Source of the DNA: an uncultured Pseudomonadales bacterium
GTDB lineage: Bacteria; Patescibacteriota; Microgenomatia; UBA1400; MFAQ01
NCBI GenBank assembly: GCA_964509695.1
Contig: CAZDXN010000001.1
Coordinates: 51,188 to 115,187 of the forward strand
Length of the DNA stretch: 64,000 nucleotides
Reading direction: 5' to 3'
The notes under the pieces were generated by a model. It was not told the origin of the DNA. It ran no database searches and saw only the letters and a list, made by a program, of their open reading frames with translations. The translations under genes and the position numbers were made by a program. Of the stretch, positions 27,724 to 37,756 are shown in pieces (position 1 is the first letter of the stretch; every line of letters begins with the position of its first letter).

Positions 27724-28440
27724 ATGCGGCCAAAACAAAAACAAATAAACAATCCACACAACGGAATTTCTAACCAGATGAGAATCTTGAATCATCAAAA
27801 TTTCGAATACATAAAAAAAATTCAGAAAAAATACCAGCTCGATTTCAATGGCGTCAGCATATTGGATGTTGGAGTGGGCGGAGGATATTTGGCGGGTGAA
27901 ATTATCAAAGAGAACAGTGTGGTCAAATATATCGGCGTAGATATAGACAATTATCTTGAGAAAAATGTTAAAAATAAAGTCAGTTTTGTCAAAGCCGATC
28001 TTAATCATCTTCCCGACGTCGACGCTCTCTTAAAAACGAAGGAAAAGTACGATTACATTTTTATTTTTGATGTATTAGAACATCTCATTTACTTTCACCA
28101 TATTCTTCAAAACATTCACACGATTCTCTCACCGAAAGGAAAACTATTAATTTCGGTTCCGATTGATATCAATTTATCCACCAAGATAAAGATGGTTTTT
28201 CAGGACAGTTCATTCACGACCCCATTTGCGAGCGTATACGGACATATAAATTTATTCTCATTTCGTCAGTTCGAAGAAGGGTTAAGAAACATCAAGACAC
28301 TAGAAATAATCGATATAAATAAATGTGGACTTGGATATGGGCTATACGACAAAACGTTCCATTTAGATATGTGGGCGAAACTGTGTCCGATGATGTGCGG
28401 AAGGGCCAACCTGTATCTTAGAAAAATTGGTAAACATTAA
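27724..28440 (+). CDS. Class I SAM-dependent methyltransferase
   Basis: ILDVGVGGGYLAGEI and FIFDVLEHL motifs. The start was set at the internal ATG just after the upstream stop. Confidence 0.65.
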   Translation: MRPKQKQINNPHNGISNQMRILNHQNFEYIKKIQKKYQLDFNGVSILDVGVGGGYLAGEIIKENSVVKYIGVDIDNYLEKNVKNKVSFVKADLNHLPDVDALLKTKEKYDYIFIFDVLEHLIYFHHILQNIHTILSPKGKLLISVPIDINLSTKIKMVFQDSSFTTPFASVYGHINLFSFRQFEEGLRNIKTLEIIDINKCGLGYGLYDKTFHLDMWAKLCPMMCGRANLYLRKIGKH

Positions 28441-28451
28441 CAAATAATATT

Positions 28452-29231
28452 ATGAAAACATTTCAGGATAAAAAATCGGAAATAACGTTTTTTGACAATC
28501 TCGCGATTAAGAGTGAATACGATGCCGTTCCCGAACAGGTATATAAAAAAGTTGCCATACGTTGTCACAGATTACTACAAAGCAAGCCATCAAAGATACT
28601 TGAAGTGGGTTGTGGTTCAGGAAAATTTGGTAAGGCACTAGCTCAATTGGGTCATAAAGTTACCGGTATAGATATATCATCTGAGACGGTGAAGAACGCC
28701 AATCGAGAAAAACCAAAAGGTTTCAAAGCGAAAATTCTCGACATGGAAAACCAAAAAAATTTTCCTAAAGACTCCTTCTCTCTAATACTCTGCCCCGGTG
28801 TTCTTCATCATTTACCGAACTTAACTATAAGCCAAGCAATTCCAAACTTCCGTCATTGGCTTGAGCCGGGTGGGTTAGTGGTTTGTTGGGAACCAAATGG
28901 ATCAAACCCAATCACCGCGCTTTCCAAAATTCTCTTTAGACTAGTTTATCTTATAGCTGGTGGTGGTGAATTTGCGACAGTGAATGAAACAAATCATTCA
29001 TTTAAACAATATTTGTCGTCATTTGAAAGAAATGGTTTCAGACTTGTCTCTTCGAGGCCCTTATCTGATAAAAGCACGGCTGGCTTTTCAAATCCTGTCA
29101 TGCGGATCCTCATCGAAATTCGTTGGCTTTTGTATGTTCTAATCGACAAACTGATCCCTCCCCCCTTTTCTGGAGTGATGTTATTCATGATCTATCGAAA
29201 AAAATCATTACTTTCGAAGACATATGCTTAG
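28452..29231 (+). CDS. Class I SAM-dependent methyltransferase
   Basis: ILEVGCGSGKFGKALAQLGHKVTGIDIS motif. Confidence 0.7.
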   Translation: MKTFQDKKSEITFFDNLAIKSEYDAVPEQVYKKVAIRCHRLLQSKPSKILEVGCGSGKFGKALAQLGHKVTGIDISSETVKNANREKPKGFKAKILDMENQKNFPKDSFSLILCPGVLHHLPNLTISQAIPNFRHWLEPGGLVVCWEPNGSNPITALSKILFRLVYLIAGGGEFATVNETNHSFKQYLSSFERNGFRLVSSRPLSDKSTAGFSNPVMRILIEIRWLLYVLIDKLIPPPFSGVMLFMIYRKKSLLSKTYA

Positions 29232-32040
29232 CCAACTAGTCCTTAGCGGATTTCTTTATACGATCGTCGCGATAGCAAGTATTAGAAAGCTTCTTGGTAT
29301 AGGGGAGGGCTTGGGACACAACTGGGATTCACCGTTTTCACCCTTGGCTATAAGTTATCTCTCTATGCTCAAAAACCTCCCGTATGTCTGGAACGGTCAA
29401 CATTCTCTCGGGTTTCCCATTATCTCTTCGATCTCAACCAAGATATGGTGGCTTTTCAATTCTACGGTCGGCATTGTTCTCAAGGGCAGTTTTGTCACCC
29501 AATTTATGATTTTATTTCTAATGATTGGTGGTGGGTTGCTTATGTTCTATTATGTTCGACAAATTCTAAAGACTAGCGGCCGTTCATCACTCTTTTTTGC
29601 ACCATTTTGTGCCGGCTTGTTTTTCATGTTTTCGCCGGTGGTTTTCGGTCACATAGTCGGCGGAGCTTTCAATCAGTTCTTTACTATGGTTGTGTCCCTA
29701 TTACTACTCATTGCCCTACAGGCCGGCGCATCAAGACAAAATATCAATAGAACGTCGATTGAAATATCACTCATTTTTATATTTATCTCCGTCACCCTCC
29801 ACAATCACCTAATTAACATTTTTATCACCATCTGTTACGTTTCACTTTTATATAGCTGGACTATAAAAAGGAAAATCGAATTGGCAGCAAAGACTACGAT
29901 GATTAGCTTGCTATTGGCAGCATACTGGCTTTTCCCAGAAATATACGGCTTGGCCAACTCAAATATTGCTCAAAAACTAAAGGAAAATATCTCCTTCGGC
30001 AACTTGGTTGTGAATGTGCCCAGTATAAGTAATGCGCTTTTTGCTAACGGTTATGTCCGTCGTTTCTATGACTTCATGGTTATAGACGGTCTGTATTCCA
30101 TTTGGAAAGTTGCCGGCCTATCTTTATTCTTCATCATCATCGCTTCAGTATTTCTAGTCGGCGAAACAAATTTTCAAGTCAAAAAATATTCTCTTTTCTG
30201 GTTTGGTTTGTTCTTAATCTTTGTAAATTTCGCTACCGGTTTTACCGGTCCATTAGGATCGGCTATCAAATTTTTGTACGAAAATTTCCCCCCACTATCG
30301 ATTTTTCGTTCTCCCCAATGGTGGATGATGCCCTTAACGATTTGTTTTGCAGTTCTTATTGGCTTGAGCTTCGAGCGATTCGCCAGCTTGCTTCGATTCA
30401 AACTATCAACCAAATTATCGTTGTTCACCCTCTTGGTATTTGTCTTACACCCTTTTTATATATCGGGAGATTTAGGCATTGAAAAACTGTATCAAAGGCA
30501 ACTGGCGACTACCAATTGGTATAAGGCTGATCATCTTGATTTGTACAAAGTTCCGGGTGATTACCGCAAAACGATCGAAATTCTTGCCAAAGACGACTCC
30601 GACTCAAAAGTTCTTCTCCTCCCCCTTAGTTTAAGTCCCTATTTCGAAGTGACATCGTATCAAAAGCAGGGTTCTGGAGTTGACCCGATTCTCGCTTATC
30701 TAGCCCCCAAGCCCGTCATCTTTAACGATATAAATGTTGAATACGACACAAAGAGCACTCTACTCTCTCCGGAGAAAAAACTTTATCGCGACCGGAGTCT
30801 CGAATTTCTAAACCTATTGGGGGTTTTCAATACGAAGTACATTTTATTCAAGAAAGATTACTCTCCTGTTTTTTCTGATTATCGAAACTTCTGGGACGGC
30901 CAAACAGTTTACAGTCTACTGACGAAAAATATCAGCCAAATTGGCGAAATTGTCGAAAACGGTGAGTCGACTCTCCTCGTCAAGCTCAATGACAACCTAT
31001 ATTGGCCCCACGTTTACGTCCCACAAAATATTTTCGTTGTCAGTGGCAATCCACAATCATTATCAGATATTGGTTCTCTGGTTGACGACAAAAAAAAATC
31101 CGCCGTCTTTTTTTCCGAGGCGGTCAGCGGCCCCCAAGTTTCAGATCCTCATGATTTAGATCGTGAAAATGTCTCCCCATCTTCACTTTTTGTAGTCGGG
31201 GAACTGATAAAAAAAATTAAAGGTTATTATCGATCGAAGTTTGATCTTAAAATTCCTCAAGCAGGAGAATACAAGATTTTGGCAAAAAACGACCTCCAAG
31301 ACACCAATTGGAAATTGGTTGAAGAAAAATATTTCGAAAAAGGTCAAACCACATATCTTCTACCGGAACCAAAACCCATCAATCTGGTCGATAAGTTCGG
31401 AGTCATAACGGATTATCAATACGATACCGAATACCTAGTCAGTTTCTATTACAACGATGATAACGACAACACAATATTGACAGTTGTCGAAGAAGGTGAA
31501 AAAGAAAAGCTAGTTCTCGACAAACTCCCGCGCACGGAAGAAAATTTTGTGTTATATCAAACCGTTTTTCGTTCAACCCCAAGGGGCCTACCGGCAATAA
31601 TATCCGTTTCAAACGAAGCGGTGAAAGATCTCAGAGTCGAAAAAGTGACATCTCCCCAGATAATCCTTTGGAAAAAAGGCCGGGTAGAAATGAAAGATAC
31701 TCCAGAAGTAGAGTTGGTAAAGATCAACCCGACGAAGTACCGAATCACCGTGAAGAACGCCACCAAACCATTCGTTTTGATTTTTTCCGAAGCCTACAAC
31801 CAAGGGTGGAAGCTTAGATACATGAACCGTGTGATTTCCAAAGCCAGTCACAAAGTGGTTAACGGATATGCCAATTCGTGGATTGTAGTCCCCAACGAGG
31901 TAGGAGCCAAACGTGATTTTGAGCTGATCATTGAATTTTGGCCGCAAAAACTATTCTATATTGGTCTACTTATAAGTGGTTTTTCACTGATTCTCACCCT
32001 CTCATTTCTGATAAAGTACGCCAATGAAAAAGAATCGTAA
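29224..32040 (+). CDS. Large polytopic membrane protein, YfhO-like GT-C glycosyltransferase candidate
   Basis: About 13 N-terminal TM helices, a large C-terminal extracytoplasmic domain and a terminal TM helix. The C-terminal FSEAYNQGWKL...VNGYANSWIV...EFWPQ block is shared with 50680..52863 and resembles the YfhO-family C-terminal signature. Confidence 0.5.
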   Translation: MLSQLVLSGFLYTIVAIASIRKLLGIGEGLGHNWDSPFSPLAISYLSMLKNLPYVWNGQHSLGFPIISSISTKIWWLFNSTVGIVLKGSFVTQFMILFLMIGGGLLMFYYVRQILKTSGRSSLFFAPFCAGLFFMFSPVVFGHIVGGAFNQFFTMVVSLLLLIALQAGASRQNINRTSIEISLIFIFISVTLHNHLINIFITICYVSLLYSWTIKRKIELAAKTTMISLLLAAYWLFPEIYGLANSNIAQKLKENISFGNLVVNVPSISNALFANGYVRRFYDFMVIDGLYSIWKVAGLSLFFIIIASVFLVGETNFQVKKYSLFWFGLFLIFVNFATGFTGPLGSAIKFLYENFPPLSIFRSPQWWMMPLTICFAVLIGLSFERFASLLRFKLSTKLSLFTLLVFVLHPFYISGDLGIEKLYQRQLATTNWYKADHLDLYKVPGDYRKTIEILAKDDSDSKVLLLPLSLSPYFEVTSYQKQGSGVDPILAYLAPKPVIFNDINVEYDTKSTLLSPEKKLYRDRSLEFLNLLGVFNTKYILFKKDYSPVFSDYRNFWDGQTVYSLLTKNISQIGEIVENGESTLLVKLNDNLYWPHVYVPQNIFVVSGNPQSLSDIGSLVDDKKKSAVFFSEAVSGPQVSDPHDLDRENVSPSSLFVVGELIKKIKGYYRSKFDLKIPQAGEYKILAKNDLQDTNWKLVEEKYFEKGQTTYLLPEPKPINLVDKFGVITDYQYDTEYLVSFYYNDDNDNTILTVVEEGEKEKLVLDKLPRTEENFVLYQTVFRSTPRGLPAIISVSNEAVKDLRVEKVTSPQIILWKKGRVEMKDTPEVELVKINPTKYRITVKNATKPFVLIFSEAYNQGWKLRYMNRVISKASHKVVNGYANSWIVVPNEVGAKRDFELIIEFWPQKLFYIGLLISGFSLILTLSFLIKYANEKES

Positions 32041-34759
32041 ATTACTCCTTCTCTTAATTTTGCCAATTCTATTTTTTTGCCTTTGGGTTTTTTTGAGCAC
32101 ATTCGCCTACCTAAAGAACACGGGGACAGGCTTTCTAACCCTAGAAGATAGTTTTGAAAAACAAAATCTTTCCGGAGATATTACCGTAAACTTGACTAAA
32201 GGGAAAATAGTTACGGGTAGGTTTGTCTCAACTCATGTGAATTTGGGGTCAATATCAATTAGGTTCAGAACCTTCGATCGCATCAACGACGACAAGCTTC
32301 TATTCAGAATCAGGGAAGAAGACAAAATAACTTGGTTCTACCAAGCTGAATACAAAACCGATCAATTCCAACCCAATCAACTATTCCCATTCGGTTTTCC
32401 TCCCCAAAAGGACTCGAAAGGACGAAGTTATGTTTTTGAAATCGAATCATTGGACGGGAGTCTTTTTAACAGTGTTGCCATTGGGGAAACGACCCCAGTT
32501 TTTGTGGCCAGATACACCCTTAGCAAACAGGCCCTACTACTCAACCCGGGACAATTCGTGAAATTTCTTTTCATCAGATTTCAAAACATATCAAAGGATG
32601 ATCAGTTTCTCTCGAGTTGGCGATTCTTCGTCGGCATCCTGTCAGTCTATTGTGCTTCTACTCTTTTAAATAATTCTTTTATCAAGTGGTTTGTGCTTTT
32701 GAATCTCGCCACCATTAGTACGATTATTTTCGACCTAGATCACAACTGGGTTTTCTTATCAGCGATCAGCCTCTTCTGGTTTATCACATTCATAAAATTC
32801 AAAAAAACATCTCGCGACATAGGAAAAATTGCCGTTACATATCTATTTGTCTTAATGGTAGCGACCCTAGCTAATCAAACAAGATATCTCGAAAAGATTT
32901 CAAATTGGGTTTACTATCTCACCCTCATGGCTTTTCTAAGACACATGATCAAAAAGGACATTAGTTCGCTATTTAATAAAATTGCCTCTAGTCAAACCCC
33001 CCAGATCATTCTTATAACTGTCATTGTCGGCATAGTTGTGCATGAAATTTCAAATGTATATTATCTTCCTGTTTTTAGATTGATCGGTGGATTACAGCCA
33101 ATTTTCATCCTCAGTATCTTCATGTTAATCCTCGGAGAGGCATTATTAGTTCTTAGAGGGAAATTGTCCCCCCTCTTTTTTGTGATTTTCATTCTCAAGC
33201 TACCGTTTATTTTCCACGGGAACTGGGAAAATAATTTTTTTGTAACCTACATGACCGACGAGGTTGTTTTTCTATCTCCAATAATCTCACACGTCCATTC
33301 GGGTTCACTTAGCCTAAACGAGTTCCTGATTTTCGGTTACCCGCCATTTTTGTTTAATGTCCTTTATGGTCTTTACAGTCTGCTTTTCGGAATATTGAAA
33401 ATAATGAGTATCCAACTCTCTGAAATCAGAACACTTGAAATTATTTATTACGGGGGAAGGTTATTAGTTCTAACGGCCACTGTTACTGGCTCTTATTTCT
33501 TTCTAAAGGTATTTCGAGAACTTATACCGTCTCGTTTTTATCAGGGACTTTTAATAATTCTTATCAATTTTAACGGTCTCTTCTTTTTATACTCGACCTA
33601 CTTAAAGACAGATAATCTAGTCTGGGCGATGGGGGCGATCGCCATTTATCAAGGATTGGTCTTCTGGAAAAACAGAAACAGGGTTAACTATTATAAGTTT
33701 GGTCTATTTTCCTTAATACCATCACTCATCAATTACTATGGCTACATTTACATTCTTTTTTTTGCCTTGATATCGATCGTCTCTTCAACCCCGAAAAACA
33801 AAGAAATCTCTATCCCAATAAAATCGAAATTAATTTTTACACTCGTTATCCTGCCAATCTTGTGGTTGCTGGCAAACTTCGAACTTGCCCCAAAGATCAT
33901 CGAGGTCGTCTATTATTTCATCAAATTTGCTACCAGCAAAAACGAACTATTTGTTCCGTTCTTTGAAAATATCAACAATTATCCCTCATATATATTTTAC
34001 TTCGATTATCTTAAATTTTTCTTGACTCCCATCCTATTAATTTTTATTGGTTTACTTCTCTTCATGAAAAAAACTAATCTATATTTCAAGTTATTATGTT
34101 TGACTATGGTGCTATTTTTTCTTCAGCTATCAACCGCCTCATATCGTACTGACCGACTATTTATTCCAATTTATATTTTCGCCATTCTTCTGGTTGTTTA
34201 CTTACTTTCCCAAATATACAATTTCCTCTTGAAAAGTAAATTGCGTTTTGTCGTCGCCTTAATAAGCTTGGCTTTAGCCGGACCGATTCTTGCGAGAACC
34301 CTTTTGCTCGCAAAAACATTACAGGGGGAGGACACCCGTTTAACTTTATACAAATATATCCAACAGGAAGTTCCTGAAAAAGCCTCGCTTACTTTTCTTC
34401 ACAACTCAATTTTTGGAGCCTATGCAACTTCTGATTATCTAAAAAGGAATAATTCCAAAATGTTTGACATTAGAGTTATAGATTTGACGGTTGGTCGTGA
34501 GAACGAACGCTTGAAGGAGATTGGTGGCTATTTTATTGTTTCAGCCTTTGATCTTGATATCTTACGGAAATTCGGCAACACCCCATATTACGGTAGGTCG
34601 TTTCAGGAAACCACAGATCTCATCGCGCGAAGTAAGGAAGTGAGCTTCGTCGACAAAATCAATTATCATTCGGAACCATTTGGTCCGATCGATCTCTTCC
34701 CCAACTCGCTTTACGGCATTCAAAATCCACCACTACTCATCTACAAAACAAACGATTAA
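32024..34759 (+). CDS. Fusion of a conserved uncharacterised roughly 110-aa domain (N-terminal, membrane-anchored) with a large polytopic GT-C-like membrane domain
   Basis: The N-terminal TM helix is followed by the ISIRFRTFDRINDD...YKTDQFQPNQLFPFGFP domain, which is also found at 39345 and 52860. About 20 TM helices follow. Confidence 0.5.
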   Translation: MKKNRKLLLLLILPILFFCLWVFLSTFAYLKNTGTGFLTLEDSFEKQNLSGDITVNLTKGKIVTGRFVSTHVNLGSISIRFRTFDRINDDKLLFRIREEDKITWFYQAEYKTDQFQPNQLFPFGFPPQKDSKGRSYVFEIESLDGSLFNSVAIGETTPVFVARYTLSKQALLLNPGQFVKFLFIRFQNISKDDQFLSSWRFFVGILSVYCASTLLNNSFIKWFVLLNLATISTIIFDLDHNWVFLSAISLFWFITFIKFKKTSRDIGKIAVTYLFVLMVATLANQTRYLEKISNWVYYLTLMAFLRHMIKKDISSLFNKIASSQTPQIILITVIVGIVVHEISNVYYLPVFRLIGGLQPIFILSIFMLILGEALLVLRGKLSPLFFVIFILKLPFIFHGNWENNFFVTYMTDEVVFLSPIISHVHSGSLSLNEFLIFGYPPFLFNVLYGLYSLLFGILKIMSIQLSEIRTLEIIYYGGRLLVLTATVTGSYFFLKVFRELIPSRFYQGLLIILINFNGLFFLYSTYLKTDNLVWAMGAIAIYQGLVFWKNRNRVNYYKFGLFSLIPSLINYYGYIYILFFALISIVSSTPKNKEISIPIKSKLIFTLVILPILWLLANFELAPKIIEVVYYFIKFATSKNELFVPFFENINNYPSYIFYFDYLKFFLTPILLIFIGLLLFMKKTNLYFKLLCLTMVLFFLQLSTASYRTDRLFIPIYIFAILLVVYLLSQIYNFLLKSKLRFVVALISLALAGPILARTLLLAKTLQGEDTRLTLYKYIQQEVPEKASLTFLHNSIFGAYATSDYLKRNNSKMFDIRVIDLTVGRENERLKEIGGYFIVSAFDLDILRKFGNTPYYGRSFQETTDLIARSKEVSFVDKINYHSEPFGPIDLFPNSLYGIQNPPLLIYKTND

Positions 34760-35271
34760 CGTCTCAAATTCAGATAGGTCGGCCGTTGACTAGATATTAT
34801 GTATCTCAACAACTCAGGAATTTCTTCTTTTGTCTCGGGCCAAAAAGCCTCAATTTTTGAAAAAACTTCCATGATCTTCCTGTCCTCCTCGGCCCAATGT
34901 GAAAAACCATCATGACCATAATCCCTGTTTCTTCCACCGCCAATTAACTTTACTGGAATACCGTCGCGGTGAAGATAGTTCCGTATTGTCTCGAATGGCC
35001 GGTAAAGAAGAAAGGGTGTAATTGAATAGACAACCGGAATCTGACCCTCGATTGCCAACCCGACAGCCATACCCACCATTGCCTGCTCGGCTGCGCCAAC
35101 ATTAACAAATCTCTTTGGGAAATCTCTTTTGACTCTGTCAAACATCCCATAACCCAAGTCTCCAGTCATCATCCAAATACGATCGTCAAGTCTCATTAGG
35201 TCATGTAATTCATAAGTGAACCACCCTCTCATACTCTCATACCTCTCGGATACCTTTAGCTGCTCGACCAT
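34756..35271 (-). CDS. Transketolase C-terminal subunit, pyrimidine-binding domain only (lacks the usual C-terminal domain)
   Basis: GDLGYGMFDRVKRDFPKRFVNVGAAEQAMVGMAVGLA and DGFSHWAEED motifs. At 171 aa it is too short to hold the C-terminal domain. Confidence 0.7.
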   Translation of the reverse strand: MVEQLKVSERYESMRGWFTYELHDLMRLDDRIWMMTGDLGYGMFDRVKRDFPKRFVNVGAAEQAMVGMAVGLAIEGQIPVVYSITPFLLYRPFETIRNYLHRDGIPVKLIGGGRNRDYGHDGFSHWAEEDRKIMEVFSKIEAFWPETKEEIPELLRYIISSQRPTYLNLRR

Positions 35272-36032
35272 CTTGCCAAGGCTAATTCATAATCATCGGC
35301 TGACATTGTATGGTAATGGGCAGACAGGCCGTTCAAAAAGGGAAGTTGTTCGACATTTGTATAGGCAAAGATGATAGTGGGGTCAGTTGTTTCTGATCTT
35401 AAGGCTACCACAAGGCTCTCTAAGTCATGACCGTCTACCCCGACCAGGTTCCAGCCAAATGATTGCATTGAAATTACCAAACGATTTATATCTATTTCAC
35501 CATACCCCCCATATCCATTAGCATTAACCACCAACCTTAAATTACCTAGTTTCAATTCGCGGGCAATTCTTAGTGCCTCCCAAATACTACCCTCAGCGCA
35601 TTCACCATCCGAGACACAGCAGTAAACATTTCTGGTTCGGTCAGAGAGTGCCATTCCGACCGCGATCGGCAGCCCTTGGCCCAAACTCCCAGTGGACACC
35701 TCTATCCCAAGGTTCAGATTCCTGTCTGGGTGGACACCCAATTCATCGATGCTCGGGTTTTCCAATAGTCCATATCTTTCCATGACGGCATAAAGAGCGG
35801 TGGCTGCATGTCCGTTACTTAGAACGAACTTGTCTTTCGGTTCCTTTATCGAAAAAACGGCCTCAACAATATCCACCACCGATAGAGCAGAACCCAGATG
35901 GGCAACCTTCGCCTTGTAGGACATTTCAATGATTCTTCGGCGATTTGATATTTGTTCTGGCGTCATCATCGGGTATGATATCACGGCCATTGAACCTAGG
36001 CCATTGTGGTTTACAATATCAGAAAATGACAA
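35256..36032 (-). CDS. Transketolase N-terminal (thiamine diphosphate-binding) subunit
   Basis: KVAHLGSALSVVD, SNGHAATALYAVMERYGLL and GSLGQGLPIAVGMAL motifs. The true start is probably an internal Met near 35969-35990. Confidence 0.8.
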   Translation of the reverse strand: MSFSDIVNHNGLGSMAVISYPMMTPEQISNRRRIIEMSYKAKVAHLGSALSVVDIVEAVFSIKEPKDKFVLSNGHAATALYAVMERYGLLENPSIDELGVHPDRNLNLGIEVSTGSLGQGLPIAVGMALSDRTRNVYCCVSDGECAEGSIWEALRIARELKLGNLRLVVNANGYGGYGEIDINRLVISMQSFGWNLVGVDGHDLESLVVALRSETTDPTIIFAYTNVEQLPFLNGLSAHYHTMSADDYELALARWSSS

Positions 36033-36790
36033 AGTTTTTTATTACCGGCGTATCATCGGGGATCGGTAGAGCCTTAACCGAGGAATTGGTTAAGGCTGGT
36101 CATTCAGTCTGGGGGGTGTCGAGAAGACGAGCCCTCCTTATCGGATTGAAAAAACAGTTGAATGCAAACAAGAACTTCAAGTTTTGCTCTATGGACATAA
36201 CCAGTCCTAGTAGTTGGCAACGCCTAATTACAAAAATGTCTTCTGCGAAGTTTGTGCCGCAGGTTGTTGTTTTTAATGCAGCGATCCTCGAAAATGACTA
36301 CCTGTCCAATAACTCCATTGATATGATATCGACTCGAAAGATGATGGAAACAAACTATTTCAGTACCTTATCAGGTCTCAATGAGCTGTCGAAAGTAGTC
36401 AGGAGAAAAACAAAATTTATTTTCGTTGGATCATCCTCGGCTTTTAAAGGCAGTGGGGAAGAGGGGATCGGTTATTCCGGAAGCAAGGCGGCTCTCAATA
36501 CTGCTTTTGAAAGCCTATTTCAAAAATTCAATGCGGCCTACAACTTTAAAATTATTCATTTCGGTCCGATAAAAACGGACATGGTTCCGTTTGATTCGAG
36601 AATATTGTTTATGAGGTCTCCACAGCAAGCAGCGCGGGCGATCATTGAGGCCGTCAAGACCGACGGTCACATTTTCTATTACCCGTGGTTGCCATTTTTT
36701 TTCCTTCGGATTATTAAATTACTGCCATCCCCGATATACTTATCAGTGCTTAACACCATTAATTCTATTCACAGAAAATACAGAAAATAA
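36026..36790 (+). CDS. Short-chain dehydrogenase/reductase (SDR)
   Basis: FFITGVSSGIGRAL (TGxxxGIG) and YSGSKAAL (YxxxK) motifs. The start was set at the internal ATG. Confidence 0.75.
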   Translation: MTKFFITGVSSGIGRALTEELVKAGHSVWGVSRRRALLIGLKKQLNANKNFKFCSMDITSPSSWQRLITKMSSAKFVPQVVVFNAAILENDYLSNNSIDMISTRKMMETNYFSTLSGLNELSKVVRRKTKFIFVGSSSAFKGSGEEGIGYSGSKAALNTAFESLFQKFNAAYNFKIIHFGPIKTDMVPFDSRILFMRSPQQAARAIIEAVKTDGHIFYYPWLPFFFLRIIKLLPSPIYLSVLNTINSIHRKYRK

Positions 36791-36793
36791 ACA

Positions 36794-37756
36794 ATGCTTA
36801 CCAACAAACGGATATCGGTCGTCCCAATTGCCTACAAAGATGAAGGCAATATTCCCGAACTACACAAACGACTAACCATAGTATTAAGGCAGGTTACTCC
36901 TAATTACGAAATTATTTACGTAAATGATGCCAGTCCTGACAAATCACAAGAAATTTTAAAAAAACTTGCCAAAATAGATAAACATCTAACGGTAATTCTC
37001 CATTCGCGCAATTTCGGTGCCCAAAGCGCATTTTCCACCGGGATGAAATATGCCACCGGAGACGCGGTTGTAATAATGGATGGTGATCTACAGGACCCTC
37101 CGTCGCTGATAGTTGAGTTCGTCAAAAAGTGGCTCGCAGGCTATCAGGTAGTTTATGGTGTCCGCAGGAAAAGGGAACGCAGTCTGGGTCGGTTTTGGGA
37201 GAGCATCTATCATGGCTTTTATGTTGTTTTTAATAAACTAAGTTACATCAAGGTGCCTCTCGATGCTGGAGATTTTTCTTTAATGGATCGAGAGGTAGTT
37301 GATCAGATAAACGCTCTTCCTGAAAAGGACCGTTTCATTCGCGGCCTGAGAGCTTGGGTGGGCTTTACTCAGATTGGAGTCAAATACGTTCGCCCGGAAC
37401 GTTTTTCCGGTACAGGAGTTTCCACCAATAGTATTATAAAAGGTACACAATGGGCCAGAAAAGCTGTCTTTTCTTTCTCCTACGCGCCTCTAGAGTGGAT
37501 TTTCTATCTTGCCCTGATAAGCGTTTTGATTTCCCTGCTTGCGGCCGCCACCTACCTAATCATTTACATTATTAATCCGGCGGCGCCTCGGGGCTTCATG
37601 ACGACTCTCTTTGCCGTCCTCTTCGTGGGTAGTATTCAATTGATTTCCCTCGCGATAATCAGTGAATATCTGAGAAGAATTTTTGAAGAGGTGAAGGCCC
37701 GTCCTCATGCAATCATCAGAAGCATTATCAACCCAAAAAGAAGACGTGCGAAATAA
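36794..37756 (+). CDS. Polyprenyl-phosphate sugar transferase, GT2 (GtrB/ArnC/CsbB-like)
   Basis: ISVVPIAYKDEGNIPEL...IIYVNDASPD...VVIMDGDLQDPP motifs plus two C-terminal TM helices. This is the architecture of lipid-carrier sugar transferases. Confidence 0.8.
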   Translation: MLTNKRISVVPIAYKDEGNIPELHKRLTIVLRQVTPNYEIIYVNDASPDKSQEILKKLAKIDKHLTVILHSRNFGAQSAFSTGMKYATGDAVVIMDGDLQDPPSLIVEFVKKWLAGYQVVYGVRRKRERSLGRFWESIYHGFYVVFNKLSYIKVPLDAGDFSLMDREVVDQINALPEKDRFIRGLRAWVGFTQIGVKYVRPERFSGTGVSTNSIIKGTQWARKAVFSFSYAPLEWIFYLALISVLISLLAAATYLIIYIINPAAPRGFMTTLFAVLFVGSIQLISLAIISEYLRRIFEEVKARPHAIIRSIINPKRRRAK

